15,777 bases of DNA from Lymnaea stagnalis (GCA_964033795.1 CAXITT010000154.1:266154-281930), one strand, 5' to 3'; positions 1 through 10,513 are shown, counted from the stretch's first letter. Notes: generated by a model not told the origin, from the letters alone. Program-made: numbers and translations.

Positions 1-220
1 TCGTGCTGTTAGTTTCTAACATATGTATTAGTGTGTCGTGCTGTTAGTTTCTAACATATGTATTAGTGTGTCGTGCTGTTAGTTTCTAACATATGTATTA
101 GTGTGTCGTGCTGTTAGTTTCTAACATATATATTAGTGTGTCGTGCTGTTAGTTTCTAACATAATTATTGGTGTGTCGTGCTGTTAGTTTCTAACATAAT
201 TATTGGTGTGTCGTGCTGTT
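1..220. repeat. Minisatellite, 35-bp unit (tcgtgctgttagtttctaacatatgtattagtgtg), about 6.3 copies. Truncated by the window start and may continue upstream.
   Basis: The unit recurs at positions 1, 36, 71, 106, 141, 176 and 211 (partial). Later copies carry small variants (atatgt > ataatt). Confidence 0.9.
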
Positions 221-674
221 AAAATTGGAACAAATGCGTTAGTGTGTGCCCACTATGCGAGTGGATATCTAGAATCATACCGAAAACTGCGCAGACATTT
301 GTTTTGTGTGTGGTGTGGGATGCAATGCGGTTGCAGGCAAAGGCTGAATCTCGACACCCTCTGTCCCCAAAACAGTTATATATTAACATACATATTTTGC
401 ACGAAAAAATGACAATTTTAGCATACGTTGTAAGATGGCTAGCGCGGGGGTCCATCCCTTTCTTCCACAACCCACTCACATGTTTTTTTTCGCACGGCCC
501 TTGTGGAGGGTATTTAAGAGGAGCTTTTTTAAGCAAGAGAAATCAACATAAATATGTTTATATATGTGTGTGTGTGTTTGCGATTGTTGTTGTTGTCTTT
601 TTTGTGTGTTAAGAGTGTCGACCTTATGGAGATACTCGACAATCCAATAATGGATGTTTTGATGTTTAAAAAAT

Positions 675-2406
675 GGGTTAAGTACTCCTGACAGAAAGGG
701 TTAAGTACTCCTGACAGAAAGGGTTAAGTACTCCTGACAAAAAGGGTTAAGTACTCCTGACAGAAAGGGTTAAGTACTCCTGACAGAAAGGGTTAAGTAC
801 TCCTGACAGAAAGGGTTAAGTACTCCTGACAAAGGTGTTAAGAACTCCTGACAAAACGGGGTAACAAATCCTAACAGAAACGGTTAAGAACTCCTGACCA
901 AAAGAGTTAAGAACTCCTGACAAAAAAGGGTTAAGAACTCCTGACAAAAAAGTGTTAAGAACTCCTGACAAAAAAGAGTTAAGAACTCCTGACAAAAAAG
1001 GGTTAAGAATTCCTGACAAAAAAGGGTTAAGAACTCCTGACAAAAAAGAGTTAAGAACTCCTGACAAAAAGGGTTACGAACTCCTGACAAAAAAGGGTTA
1101 AGAACTCCTGACAAAAAAGGGTTAAGAACTCCTGACAAAAAAGTGTTAAGAACTCCTGACAAAAAGAGTTAAGAACTCCTGACAAAAAGAGTTAAGAACT
1201 CCTGACAAAAAGAGTTAAGAACTCATGACAAAAAGAGTTAAGAACTCCTGACAAAAAGGGTTAAGAACTCCTGACAAAAAGAGGTAAGAACTCATTACAA
1301 AAAGAGTTAAGAACCCCTGGACAAAAAGGGTTAAGTACTCCTGACAGAAAGGGTTAAGAACTCCTGACAAAAAAGTGTTAAGAACTCCTGACAAAAAGAG
1401 TTAAGAACTACTGACAAAAAGAGTTAAGAACTCCTGACAAAAAGAGTTAAGAACTCATGACAAAAAGAGTTAAGAACTCCTGACAAAAAGGGTTAAGAAC
1501 TCCTGACAAAAAGAGTTAAGAACTCATGACAAAAAGAGTTAAGAACTCCTGACAAAAAAGGGTTACGTACTCCTGACAGAAAGGGTTAAGTACTCCTGAC
1601 AGAAAGGGTTTAGAAATCCTGACAAAAAAGGTTAAGAACTCCTGACAAAAAGGGTTAAGTACTCCTGACAGAAAGGGTTTAGAAATCCTGACAGAAACGG
1701 TTAAGAACTCCTGACAAAAAGGGTTAAGAACTCCTGACAAAAAGGGTTCAGAACTCCTGACAAAACGGGGTAAGAAATCCTGACAGAAACGGTTAAGAAC
1801 TCCTGACAAAAAGGGTTAAGAACTCCTGACAAAAAGGGTTCAGAACTCCTGACAGAAACGGTTGAGAAATCCTAACAGAAACGGTTAAGAACTCCTGACA
1901 AAACGGGGTAAGAACTCCTGACAAAAAGGGTTAAGAACTCCTGACAAAAAGGGTTAAGAACTCCTGACAAAACGGGGTAAGAACTCCTGACAAAAAGGGT
2001 TACGAACTCCTGACAAAGGTGTTAAGAACTCCTGACAAAACGGGGTAAGAACTCCTGACAAAAAGGGTTAAGAACTCCTGACAAAGGTGTTAAGAACTCC
2101 TGACAAAACGGGGTAAGAACTCCTGACAAAAAGGGTTAAGAATTCCTGACAAAAAGGGTTAAGAACTCCTGACAAAAAGGGTTAAGAACTCCTGACAAAA
2201 AGGGTTAAGAACTCCTGAAAACAAGGGTTAAGTACCCCTGATAGAAAGGGTTAAGTATTTTTGATCAAAAAGGGTTACGTACTCCTGACAGAAAGGGTTA
2301 AGTACTCCTAACAAAAAGGGTGAAGTACTCCTGACAGAAAGGGTTAAGTATTTTTGATAAAAAAAGGGTTAAGTACTCCTAACAAAAAGGGTTAAGTACT
2401 CCTGAC
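675..2406. repeat. Large minisatellite/satellite array, 23-bp unit (consensus ggttaagaactcctgacaaaaag; variant ggttaagtactcctgacagaaag), about 75 copies, with higher-order 3-unit (~69 bp) periodicity in places.
   Basis: Perfect 23-bp periodicity is visible across about 1.73 kb. The agtactcc...cagaaa subfamily occupies the edges (675-830, 1320-1340, 1560-1700, 2225-2400) and the agaactcc...caaaaa subfamily the core. A higher-order unit [aaacggggtaagaactcctgac][aaaaagggttaagaactcctgac][aaaggtgttaagaactcctgac] recurs at 1990-2120. Confidence 0.93.
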
Positions 2407-2420
2407 CAACATTATGATGG

Positions 2421-2660
2421 ATGTCACAAAGTGTTTGACTTTTGTCAAGATGTCACAAAGTGTTTGACTAATGTCAAGATGTTACAAAGTGGTTGACTAA
2501 TGTCAAGATGTCACAAAGTGTTTGACTAATGTCAAGATGTCACAAAGCGTTTGACTAATGTCAAGATGTCACAAAGCGTTTGACTAATGTCAAGATGTCA
2601 CAAAGCGTTTGACTAATGTCAAGATGTCACAAAGCGTTTGACTAATGTCAAGATGTCAAG
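2421..2660. repeat. Minisatellite, 29-bp unit (atgtcacaaagtgtttgactaatgtcaag), about 8 copies, directly abutting the 23-bp array.
   Basis: Period 29. Variants g/c in aaagtg versus aaagcg. Each unit contains a TGAC-taat-GTCA inverted motif. Confidence 0.9.
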
Positions 2661-3310
2661 GACATGTGCCGTTGCTTCACAATGAAGAAAAAAAAACAAC
2701 AACAACACGAAACTTGCTCGAAAATAAATGTCGGAGCAAAAAATAGAGTTGGTGACCTCCAGCTTGAGTCTATTTTTACCCGGCAATAGACAATTCTTTC
2801 GTGAACGACTCACATTAGAATGCTAAACAAGGGTTGTTACCTTTTAGAGGGTGAACTGCATTCTGGAGCATTGTAATTTTGTGATAAACACAGTTTACAG
2901 CTCGCTGCGAGCGTTCAATAATTTTAATGTTGACAGGAAGAACCGTCTGAACGTGTGTCAAGTTGGGGGAACTATAGCACAAAGCAGGCTCATGACGTCA
3001 CACGTATGATGTCAAGTAGGGCCCGTCCTATTTTACGGGAAAGCCTTGTTATATTTACGTTATTTACATTTTATGTGAATGTTAATGGCAGGTTATATTT
3101 GTACTAGCAACTATACCCGGATTGTCTCGGGTTTGTAATCGGAAAAAAAAAATAATAATCCCATAAAGCGTTATAAGCAAACACGTAGTCAGAACAAAAA
3201 TAATCTTTGCTAAAGAAACTATTAAAATTTAAAAGTTTTTCTCATACAAAATGTCAGATTTATAGGAAACTCCTGTGAACTTTGAATTTCGACCATCTCA
3301 GTTAGTGACT

Positions 3311-3543
3311 GTCATTGTACTGAGTGCCTGCGATTGTACTGAGTGCCTGCCATTGTACTGAGTGCCTGCCATTGTACTGAGTGCCTGCCATTGTACTGAG
3401 TGCCTGCGATTGTACTGAGTACCTGCCATTGTACTGAGTGCCTGCGATTGTACTGAGTGCCTGCGATTGTACTGAGTGCCTGACATTGTACTGAGTGCCT
3501 GCCATTGTACTGAGTGCCTGCCAATTGTACTGAGTGCCTGCCA
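3311..3543. repeat. Minisatellite, 19-bp unit (attgtactgagtgcctgc[c/g]), about 12 copies.
   Basis: Period 19 with c/g alternation at the last base. Track ORFs 3298-3595 on the minus strand are translations of this array. Confidence 0.9.
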
Positions 3544-4766
3544 CTTTATGCTTGAAATGCAGGTTTCTCGATAGGCATTCTGACCAGGGGTCCAAAGGAA
3601 TTAATTTATTGGTGAATCAACCACTGGCTGATTAGGATGGCGCCAACCATTTTTTCTTATAATTTCATGGTTCCGAAATGTGGTGGCCCTTTTATTGTTT
3701 CAGCAGCTCGCCTTAAGCATCTCGTCTCGCAGGTGATTATTTTTCTCTCGGGATTTTTATTCAGAGCCTATAATTGATACTTTGACAATACCGTGTGATT
3801 ATCGAAAAAAAAATTTAAAAAATTAAGACATAATCTTCTTTTATCATTTTTCAAAAGAAGCTTATAATAAATTTACAACATGTAAATAATTTTACTTAAA
3901 ACTGTGTAATTTAATATGGAACGAAATTGTTACGCGTATAACGAATGATGCCTCTTGGATTAAAATAGTCTAGACGAGACTTGGTACATACGCACTGTCC
4001 TCATAAAATGCGCCCAACCGTTCAAGAATATACTTTTATTAAATTCTGTTTTCTGTCTATATCACCAGCAACCTTACGATTCTCTCTCAATACACACATC
4101 CGTTATAAAGCCAAGTTGGTAATAAAATTAATAAAAGAACACCCATGACTCTCAAACCCTAGGTACCCCCAAAACATGCTTTATGGACGACCCTGAATTA
4201 TGTGACATTTCTAAGAAAGTAATTTTTTTTCTTTATCACATAGAATAAGGATTATTAAAAATGCTTACACCAAAAATAATTTAATTTGAACGTCCCTAGA
4301 AGCCATTCAATGTGAAAATAAAATTATTTTTTAGTTTACTCTTTGCCCTCTCAATTTTACGAGTGTTTTAAATGACCGATTTTGGGATAAGGGGGATTAT
4401 GACGAAACTTTTCAGGAACTCTTTGTAGGTCAGAAGGAATAACCATGCCAAATTGGGTTGCGATCCACTGTTTGGCTTTCTTGTGATCGATCTACCTATC
4501 CACAAACATAGCAACACTAAGCTTTAGGATCTTGATTTTTTGTTTGATTTTTTTTACATAAGACTTAAATAATTTAGGACCTGCTTTATTTTGATACTAA
4601 GAGCTTTTTTTTATACTTTACATTCAGGACATCGTGAGTTTTTGTTTTTTTTTTACCCGAGGGCATGTCATATTTTACATTAAGTGATAGGTGTGTTTAT
4701 ACCCATATATGGTCATGGAGAGAGGACGTGTGCTATATTTTAGAAACCATGTTACCTTATACTTTG

Positions 4767-4800
4767 TTAATTAATTAATTAATTAATTTAATTTAATTAT

Positions 4801-4831
<31 letters not shown>

Positions 4832-4838
4832 GGGGGGG
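4767..4838. repeat. Composite simple repeat: (TTAA)n about 8 units, then T11 (4800-4810), then G28 (4811-4838).
   Basis: Read directly: ttaattaattaattaattaatttaatttaattat tttttttttt g(28) ca. Confidence 0.9.
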
Positions 4839-5228
4839 CAAGGAATGATCCTATCATCCAGTGGCTGCCGAATAAAGTACACACATTATAATTTTCCACT
4901 AAATGCTGTTACTCTACCAAATAACAAACCGTACCAGTATTTCTGTGTCCAAGACCTAACCACAACGTCTCATTTGACCTCACTTCCAAAAGCAAAAAAA
5001 CAACAACAAAAAAGGCGATGTTATTTTGGTTTACCATTATTTGACACACAATCATCCGCTAAATGAAATAATGGTTTAAGAACCTTTTTACCCGTCGGCT
5101 ACAATCAACTTCTTGCACACGTACTGGCTCATCGGCGCCGAGGAAGTCTCGCTCACAGCCCAGGGCGAGAAACGGCGAAGAAATGGGGAAAGTGCACACA
5201 TTATTGAGCTGGACTTTCTAAAGTGACG

Positions 5229-5460
5229 CTGCGCCATTCAGTGCTGGTCTGAGCCCTGCACCATTCATTCATTGTCTGAACTCTGCACCATTCATTCATT
5301 GTCTGAACTCTGCACCACTCATTCATTGCCTGAACTCTGTACCATGCAATGATTGTCTGAAATCTGCACCATTCATAGATTGTCCGAACTCTGCACCATT
5401 CAGGGATTGTCTGAAACCTGCACGATTTAATGATTTTTTTTGTACAATTCACCATTCAAT
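5229..5460. repeat. Minisatellite, 27-bp unit (ctgcaccattcattcattgtctgaact), about 8 copies, degenerating towards the 3' end.
   Basis: The ctgca anchor recurs at 5256, 5283 and 5310, giving period 27. Track ORF 5201-5455 (minus) is a repeat translation. Confidence 0.88.
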
Positions 5461-6297
5461 GATTTTTAGAAAGCTTCACCGTGATTGTAGAAAGCTCTAC
5501 TATTCAATAATCACGAGCTTTGTGTCTTGACTAGATTGAGCAGTGGCGGATCTTTGAGTGACAATCAGATGATCCCAGATGCATGAGATTTTTACTGAGG
5601 TAATCGATAACGAAAATACCTGCGGATTTGAGTTCCCAGAAAGGTAAAATAATTCATTCGATGTATTGGAGGTACACACATTAGTTGGTAGATCACATTT
5701 AAAAAATTGATAATTTGTTGATTCACGAATATATATTCAAGAACCAAAAAAAAAAAAATAATAATAATAATCCAGACCCTAGATATTCGATACTTCAATG
5801 TTATAAAATGTCAAATGGACATCATTACGACCCGACATTGGTGCCAATCGCTGTCCCCACCAATCGTATCGAAATCCATGTTTTCCCCTACGCCAACACA
5901 AGAGACGGGACGCGATGGTTTCCCAATTATTACATAAAAACAATTCTCCACCGAAATCTCTATATTAGTGGATCCTTTTATCCGTCACAAGATTAAAAGT
6001 GACGCCGGGCACAAAAGAAGTCGGTGTGGTCGAAAACCGAAGCTCGGGAATTTTTTCACCCGGTTCGTGTTTTTTCTCATGTGATCCAAGCCACACTTCG
6101 ACACCGTGCCAAACTGGTATCAAGCGTTACCTGAGATTCTCGGAAAAGCTCTTCGGAGCTGATTGCTCCGTGTTTCAGTGCTGGGAACAGGCGACTGGAG
6201 GGTCTCTGTGTCAAGCTCTTGATGTGTATTTCAAGAAGAGGATTTTTTTTTTTGTTTTGAAAAAGGCTTCGGGGGTTTCAGTGGAAATCTTTAGCTA

Positions 6298-6810
6298 ACC
6301 TTACTGTTTATGGTTTGCTGTTCACTGTTTACTGTTCGTGGTTTTCTGTTCATGGTTCGCCGTTGCATTGTTTGCTGTTCATGGTTTACGGCTCATGGTT
6401 TGCTGTCCTTTGTTCACTTTCATGGTTTGCTGCTCATGGTTTAATACTGTTCATGATTTTTTGTTCTTGGTTTACTTTTATGGTTTGCTGCTCATGGTTT
6501 GCTGTTCATGTTTTACTGTTCTTGGTTTGCTGTTCATGGTTTGCTGTTCATGGTTTGCTGTTCATCGTTTGCTGTCCATGTTTCGCTGTTCATGGTTTGC
6601 TGTTCATGGTTTGCTGTTCATGGTTTGCTGTTCATGGTTTGCTGTTCCTGGTTTACTGTTCATCGTTTGCTGTCCATGGTTCGCTGTTCATGGTTTGCTG
6701 TTCATGGTTTACTGTTCATCGTTTGCTGTCCATGGTTCGCTGTTCATGGTTTGCTGTTCATGGTTTACTGTTCATGGTTTACTGTTCATGGTTTACTGTT
6801 CATGGTTTAC
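6298..6810. repeat. Minisatellite, 14-bp unit (gctgttcatggttt), about 36 copies.
   Basis: Period 14 throughout. The three overlapping plus-strand track ORFs (6315-6844) show a 14-aa periodic translation (CSWFAVHGLLFMVC), which is the 42-bp super-period of a 14-bp unit. They are not genes. Confidence 0.92.
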
Positions 6811-6978
6811 AACTGAATTTTTTTTAAAACTATTATTGTTTTAAAAAATTAGACGAAATGTTAACCAAAAAAAAAGTACACTTTAATTCACGGATGGAAA
6901 AATGTCTTTTACTTCGATGGAGTTCTTACAACTATATCTCAGTAAAAAATCTTTTTTTTTTTTTTTTAAACTTGACCA

Positions 6979-7019
6979 AAAGGTTAAGTCACGTGACCAA
7001 ACGGTTAAGTCACGTGACC
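6979..7019. promoter_or_regulatory. Two tandem 21-bp units, (a/c)ggttaagtcacgtgacc(aaa), each carrying the perfect 10-bp palindrome GTCACGTGAC (E-box/G-box core CACGTG). Preceded by T16 (6952-6967).
   Basis: The palindromes sit at 6988-6997 and 7009-7018. The units are recognisably related to the 23-bp satellite at 675-2406 (shared tgacaaaaagggttaag framework). CACGTG is the canonical bHLH-ZIP site from established knowledge. There is no evidence of function from sequence alone. Confidence 0.35.
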
Positions 7020-7073
7020 TATGATGTATTTTCCACCGCTTTTAATGTTTTTCTCTGCCCTCTCCCGACAACA

Positions 7074-7123
7074 GCCAGTGCACCAGCGCATGTCAATAGC
7101 CAGTGCACCAGCACATGTCAAGT
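7074..7123. repeat. Two tandem copies of a 25-bp unit (agccagtgcaccagc[g/a]catgtcaa[t/g]).
   Basis: Direct duplication seen at 7074-7098 and 7099-7123. Confidence 0.8.
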
Positions 7124-7599
7124 ACCAGGCAGCAGATCACCGATCGTTACGGAATATTCAAAGCCCCGTCTCTTGTGGCCCTGCGCACCAAGTCGCATGG
7201 GAAATTGATGCAGAGCGCAAACAGAGTTGACTTTGGCGCCCAGGAAAAAGTGTAAACACAGTGTTGGACTCACGTGCCCAGGAAATCTCCAAAAAGCACC
7301 CCTTGTTCCCTGATGTCACTACAATTGTAAGACCGGGTTCATGTTGTAGTTCATGTCACTGCGACCGTTTTGTAAAATAAAGGTTGGGGAAGGGGAGATT
7401 TGTAGGAGGTGCACGGCAGTTCTTATTGGCTAAATTACTGTGCACAATTATTTGTTTTAGAGTTTTCGAAAACAACAGGATGTTTGACCGCATGGTCTCC
7501 TGTCTTACTCAGTGATTATTTCAGAAATGTTCTCCAGTGGGGGCAGTGCCAGCAGTACCAGTTGATTTATTGTTGGCTTTCCCCGGGAGGGGAGCAGTG

Positions 7600-7611
7600 C
7601 CCCCCCCCCCC
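7600..7611. repeat. C12 homopolymer flanked by the direct repeat ccccgggag (7581-7589 and 7607-7615). Other C-rich low-complexity tracts lie at 8201-8236, 15561-15590 and at the window end, 15768-15777 (C10).
   Basis: Read directly. Confidence 0.8.
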
Positions 7612-8396
7612 GGGAGATATAGCTGAAAGAAACCCTGGTCTTACTTATTTTAAAGACTATGCTATATAGCAACAGTTCTCAACCTTCCTAATGCCGCGAT
7701 GCTTTAATAAAGTTCCTCGTGGTGTGGTTCATGTGTGTTACCACCCCCACCAACCATAAAATTAATTTCGTTGCTACTTCATAAATATGTTTTTTGTCTG
7801 ATGATCTTAGGCGACCCCTGTGTAAGGGTCGTTCCACCCACTAAAGGTTTCGTCACCCACAAGTTGAGAACCTCTGTTGCAGAGGAAGATGCGCGCGCGG
7901 TTGAATAATTCATTTTCCAGCTGACCCGGCGCATCGCTGTGTAACAAGTGCGTGTAGTGCTGTGTAACTCTGTCCCTTTCGTCACTGTCATGTGTGGCTG
8001 AGTTACTTGCGGAAGTGGCTCGTTCAATAATATCCAGGTTTTAAATGCGTCACAGTTTATTATCTCCACGACGCCTGCGTCACTGCTCTAACGACGTTAG
8101 ATAATTAAAGATCTTGGGCCCCACAGTGCATTCAATTCATTAATTATCTCCCATGCTTCTATCTTTAGCTTCTCCGGGTTTTATATTTAAAGATAGCAAA
8201 CAACCCCCCCCCACCCAACCCCCGCTCCCCCAGCCGTGTTACCAGCATGTACGCGTCTGTTATTGAACCACGAATGAGCCTCTCGGATACTGTACCGCAG
8301 CTACGTGTTTATTCTCGTATAGTTTTTTTGCCATTTGTTTGCCGAAGAAGGCTTTTTGCCGACACGTTCCTTGTTTCCCTGTGTCTTTTATTTATT

Positions 8397-8478
8397 ATTT
8401 TTTTTTTTTTTTTATTTTTTTTTTTGGGGGGGGGGGGGGGTCAGTTTTTTCCCTTATTTTTTTTTTTTCCTTTTTTTT

Positions 8479-8523
<45 letters not shown>

Positions 8524-8534
8524 GGGGGGGGGGG
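8397..8534. repeat. Homopolymer block: T-rich run, then G15 (8426-8440), then T-rich, then T42 (8481-8522), then G12 (8523-8534). That is two further T(n)G(n) junctions.
   Basis: Read directly. Each G-run is followed by tcag or tggatcag. The track ORFs 8247-8638 are homopolymer translations (poly-F, poly-G). Confidence 0.9.
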
Positions 8535-9639
8535 TGGATCAGATTTTCCCATACTTTTTGTTTTGCCTATTTCTTTCTAAGAATCTAAAATCTTGTCGCG
8601 TGTTGCCATTTATAAATAATATTCATTTTGTGAAATAGTTTGGGTTTTTTTTTGTGTGGTTATAACAGAACTGTTTCCACGAACCGCTGAACTTAGATTG
8701 TAAGGGAAGTCACAACACGATTTCGTGACGTGGTTATCTTTTCATTCTTTTTTAAACGCGTGTGTGACGAAGGTGGCTTCCCTTACAGCAATGGTTCTTA
8801 ACCTGGTTTCGATCGAACCAGAAAAAAAAAATCATATTTTATTTTTTCCTATTAAGAAGGGTTCGGTGAATGCGCATGTGGAAACTGGTGGGGTTCAGTA
8901 CCTCCAAAAAGGTTAAGAACCACTGCCCTAGAGACAAGCCGCAAATCGGCCCACTCCTTACTCTATATCAAGTCACGTGCTCACCTCTGCCACGCGCAGC
9001 AGGTTGTAGACTATAGCACAACCTGGTGTCTACCAGCGATACAGCGGAATTAAATGACCAGGCCGTGTTAATTTCTCATGAGTCATCACGTGGCGAGTGG
9101 CGGTGCAAGAATATTCTGGCGGCCGCGCGTGGGAAAAGTCAGGAATATCAGTACCCCATGCCAAATTTTGACTGGACTGAAGGTAGTAAGTAGGGGTCCT
9201 CAACTCCGTGGCGTAGCTAAGGCTAGTGTCGCCGGGTGCTTTCCAAGAATTTTGCTGCCCGATTTTAACGAAATAAACACAGTAGTTTATCGAAAACGCA
9301 GCACCCTACCTATAAAAAACTATGTCGGCCATGGGCCGAACGTCCCCCTTCATTCTTCCTGCGCCACTGCAACACATATCCACTTTATCTTAAATGCTTC
9401 AGAGGATTGAAGCTTTGCTAGTTCCAGAGAGAGAAAAAAAGATATAGTAATGATGCTTTTATCCTCATCATCTCTGTATCTCTGATGATGTGTTTCCTTT
9501 GAGTGTGGTGCGATCAATAGGATCAAATGCCGTTCATGAATTAATCTAATGGCCATCAAGTAAAACTTTTTTTGTTGACTTTTCTGTATTCCCTTTAAAA
9601 ATACCTACATATGACGTGTAAGTTTTCCAGAAAGTTCTA

Positions 9640-9764
9640 GAGTGTAATTTTTTTCTTTTTTATTCTTTTTTTTTTCCTTTTTTTTTTTTTTTTAATTTTT
9701 TTTTTTTAATTTTTTTAAAAATTTCTTACACAAACAAATAAAATACTTCTTTCTTGGATCTTTT

Positions 9765-9816
<52 letters not shown>

Positions 9817-9845
9817 TTTATGTTTTTCTGAAAGTTTTATATTTT

Positions 9846-9904
<59 letters not shown>

Positions 9905-9970
9905 TTTCTAAATTTTTTAAAAAGTTCTTACACAAACAAATAAAATACTTCTTTCTTGGAACTTTTTCTC
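9640..9970. repeat. Very long poly-T tracts (T59 at 9767-9825; T48 at 9848-9895) inside a ~202-bp tandem duplication. Each copy ends in the unique segment ttcttacacaaacaaataaaatacttctttcttgga.
   Basis: The unique 36-mer occurs at 9723-9758 and 9925-9960, giving period 202. A-rich on the minus strand. Confidence 0.85.
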
Positions 9971-10502
9971 TTCTTTCAAACAAAATAAACACTTATTTCA
10001 ATGGAGATTTATTATAATTTTATTTCGGACATATTTAAAACAATTCCAAACAAAACAATACTTAATAATAATAATATAACATGTACAAAAATAATAGAAA
10101 ACAAACAAATCTTTGAAGGGAAAAAATAGTGCACAAAGTGAAGGATGGCTTTAAAGTTGATTTGTTGACGCCAAATGAAAAACGCAATTTAAAGCTTTAA
10201 AAGGTTAAGTTCAATCAATAATTTGTAGTTAGATGATTTCAACTGTGTGATGATTGTACAAAAAAAGTATTTGCCACACATATTAAAAAAATAAATACAT
10301 ATATCAATAACACAAAATATATCACAGTTAAAGAAAATATTCACTTCAGAGTGATTAAATTTTCTCCAACATCTCTGAAACAAATAGAATGAAGCCTTCG
10401 AATAAAAGAATATATGCCAACATATTGATCTATAGAATTATAGTTACATAGTTTTAAATTTTATTTGTAGGTAGGAAAAAAAAAGATGAACAATTTTAAA
10501 TA

Positions 10503-10508
10503 TTTTAT
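10503..10508 (-). other. Candidate polyadenylation signal AATAAA (minus strand) for the vault gene, about 275 nt downstream of the stop codon. A second AATAAA lies within the 24-bp repeat at about 10603-10608 (minus strand).
   Basis: Plus-strand tttatt at 10503-10508. It is followed on the minus strand, within about 20 nt, by ttgttcatc T9. Confidence 0.4.
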
Positions 10509-10513
10509 TGCAG

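Noticed and set aside
816-1809. Track ORFs 816-1067, 884-1162 and 1516-1809 (minus strand) with periodic peptide repeats (LSGVLNPF...)
   Set aside because: They lie entirely within the 23-bp tandem array. The apparent protein is the 69-bp (3 x 23) frame-periodic translation of a stop-free repeat. No start context, no domain.
675-2660. Possibility that the regular arrays are CRISPR arrays
   Set aside because: The units are contiguous, with no unique spacers between repeats. The context is eukaryotic (vault gene, AATAAA, CCAAT/TATA, minisatellites). These are pure tandem satellites.
3298-3595. Three overlapping minus-strand ORFs (AGTQYNGRHSVQ... periodic)
   Set aside because: They are translations of the 19-bp minisatellite (57-bp super-period) and are not coding.
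4809-5066. ORF starting MGGGGGGGGG, and ORFs 8247-8638 (poly-F / poly-G peptides)
   Set aside because: They are translations of G28 and T/G homopolymer tracts. Not genes.
5090-5200. Short GC-rich patch with an open about 40-codon minus-strand frame (…SPFLALGCERDFLGADEPVRVQEVD…)
   Set aside because: It is too short, has no recognisable similarity, and has no clear splice signals. It may be chance or a small exon. I cannot support a call.
6315-6844. Three overlapping plus-strand ORFs of 105-170 aa rich in C/W/F (CSWFAVHGLLFMV...)
   Set aside because: They are translations of the 14-bp array in all three frames. Perfect 14-aa periodicity betrays a repeat artefact, even though it superficially resembles a Cys-rich or transmembrane repeat protein.
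7231-7330. Open frame ending at a consensus-like donor GTAAGA (7325-7330), as a possible exon
   Set aside because: The frame is only about 31 codons long and there is no upstream acceptor or ATG. A GTAAG pentamer is expected by chance several times in 15 kb.
8803-8900. Possible pol III element (vault RNA, tRNA or SINE): near-palindrome ctggtttcgatcgaaccag with a GGTTCGATC box-B-like core, and ggttcagtacc nearby
   Set aside because: The match to box B (GGTTCGANTCC) is only partial. No convincing box A lies at the right spacing upstream, no cloverleaf could be folded by eye, and no T4+ terminator sits at the appropriate distance. It is mentioned only as something Infernal/tRNAscan could settle.
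9078-9410. 110-aa plus-strand ORF in a moderately GC-rich patch (8930-9420), plus several CACGTG motifs nearby (8971, 9086)
   Set aside because: No recognisable motif or domain, no obvious start context, and a length consistent with chance in 50% GC sequence. It could be part of an exon of a spliced gene that I cannot reconstruct by eye. Left uncalled.
10476-10484. A9 tract near the vault gene 3' end as a retrogene poly(A) remnant
   Set aside because: The orientation is wrong. It reads as T9 on the gene's (minus) strand, so it cannot be a retained poly(A) tail. Only the distant poly-A (minus) blocks at 9640-9900 have the right polarity, and they are about 0.6 kb beyond the AATAAA.
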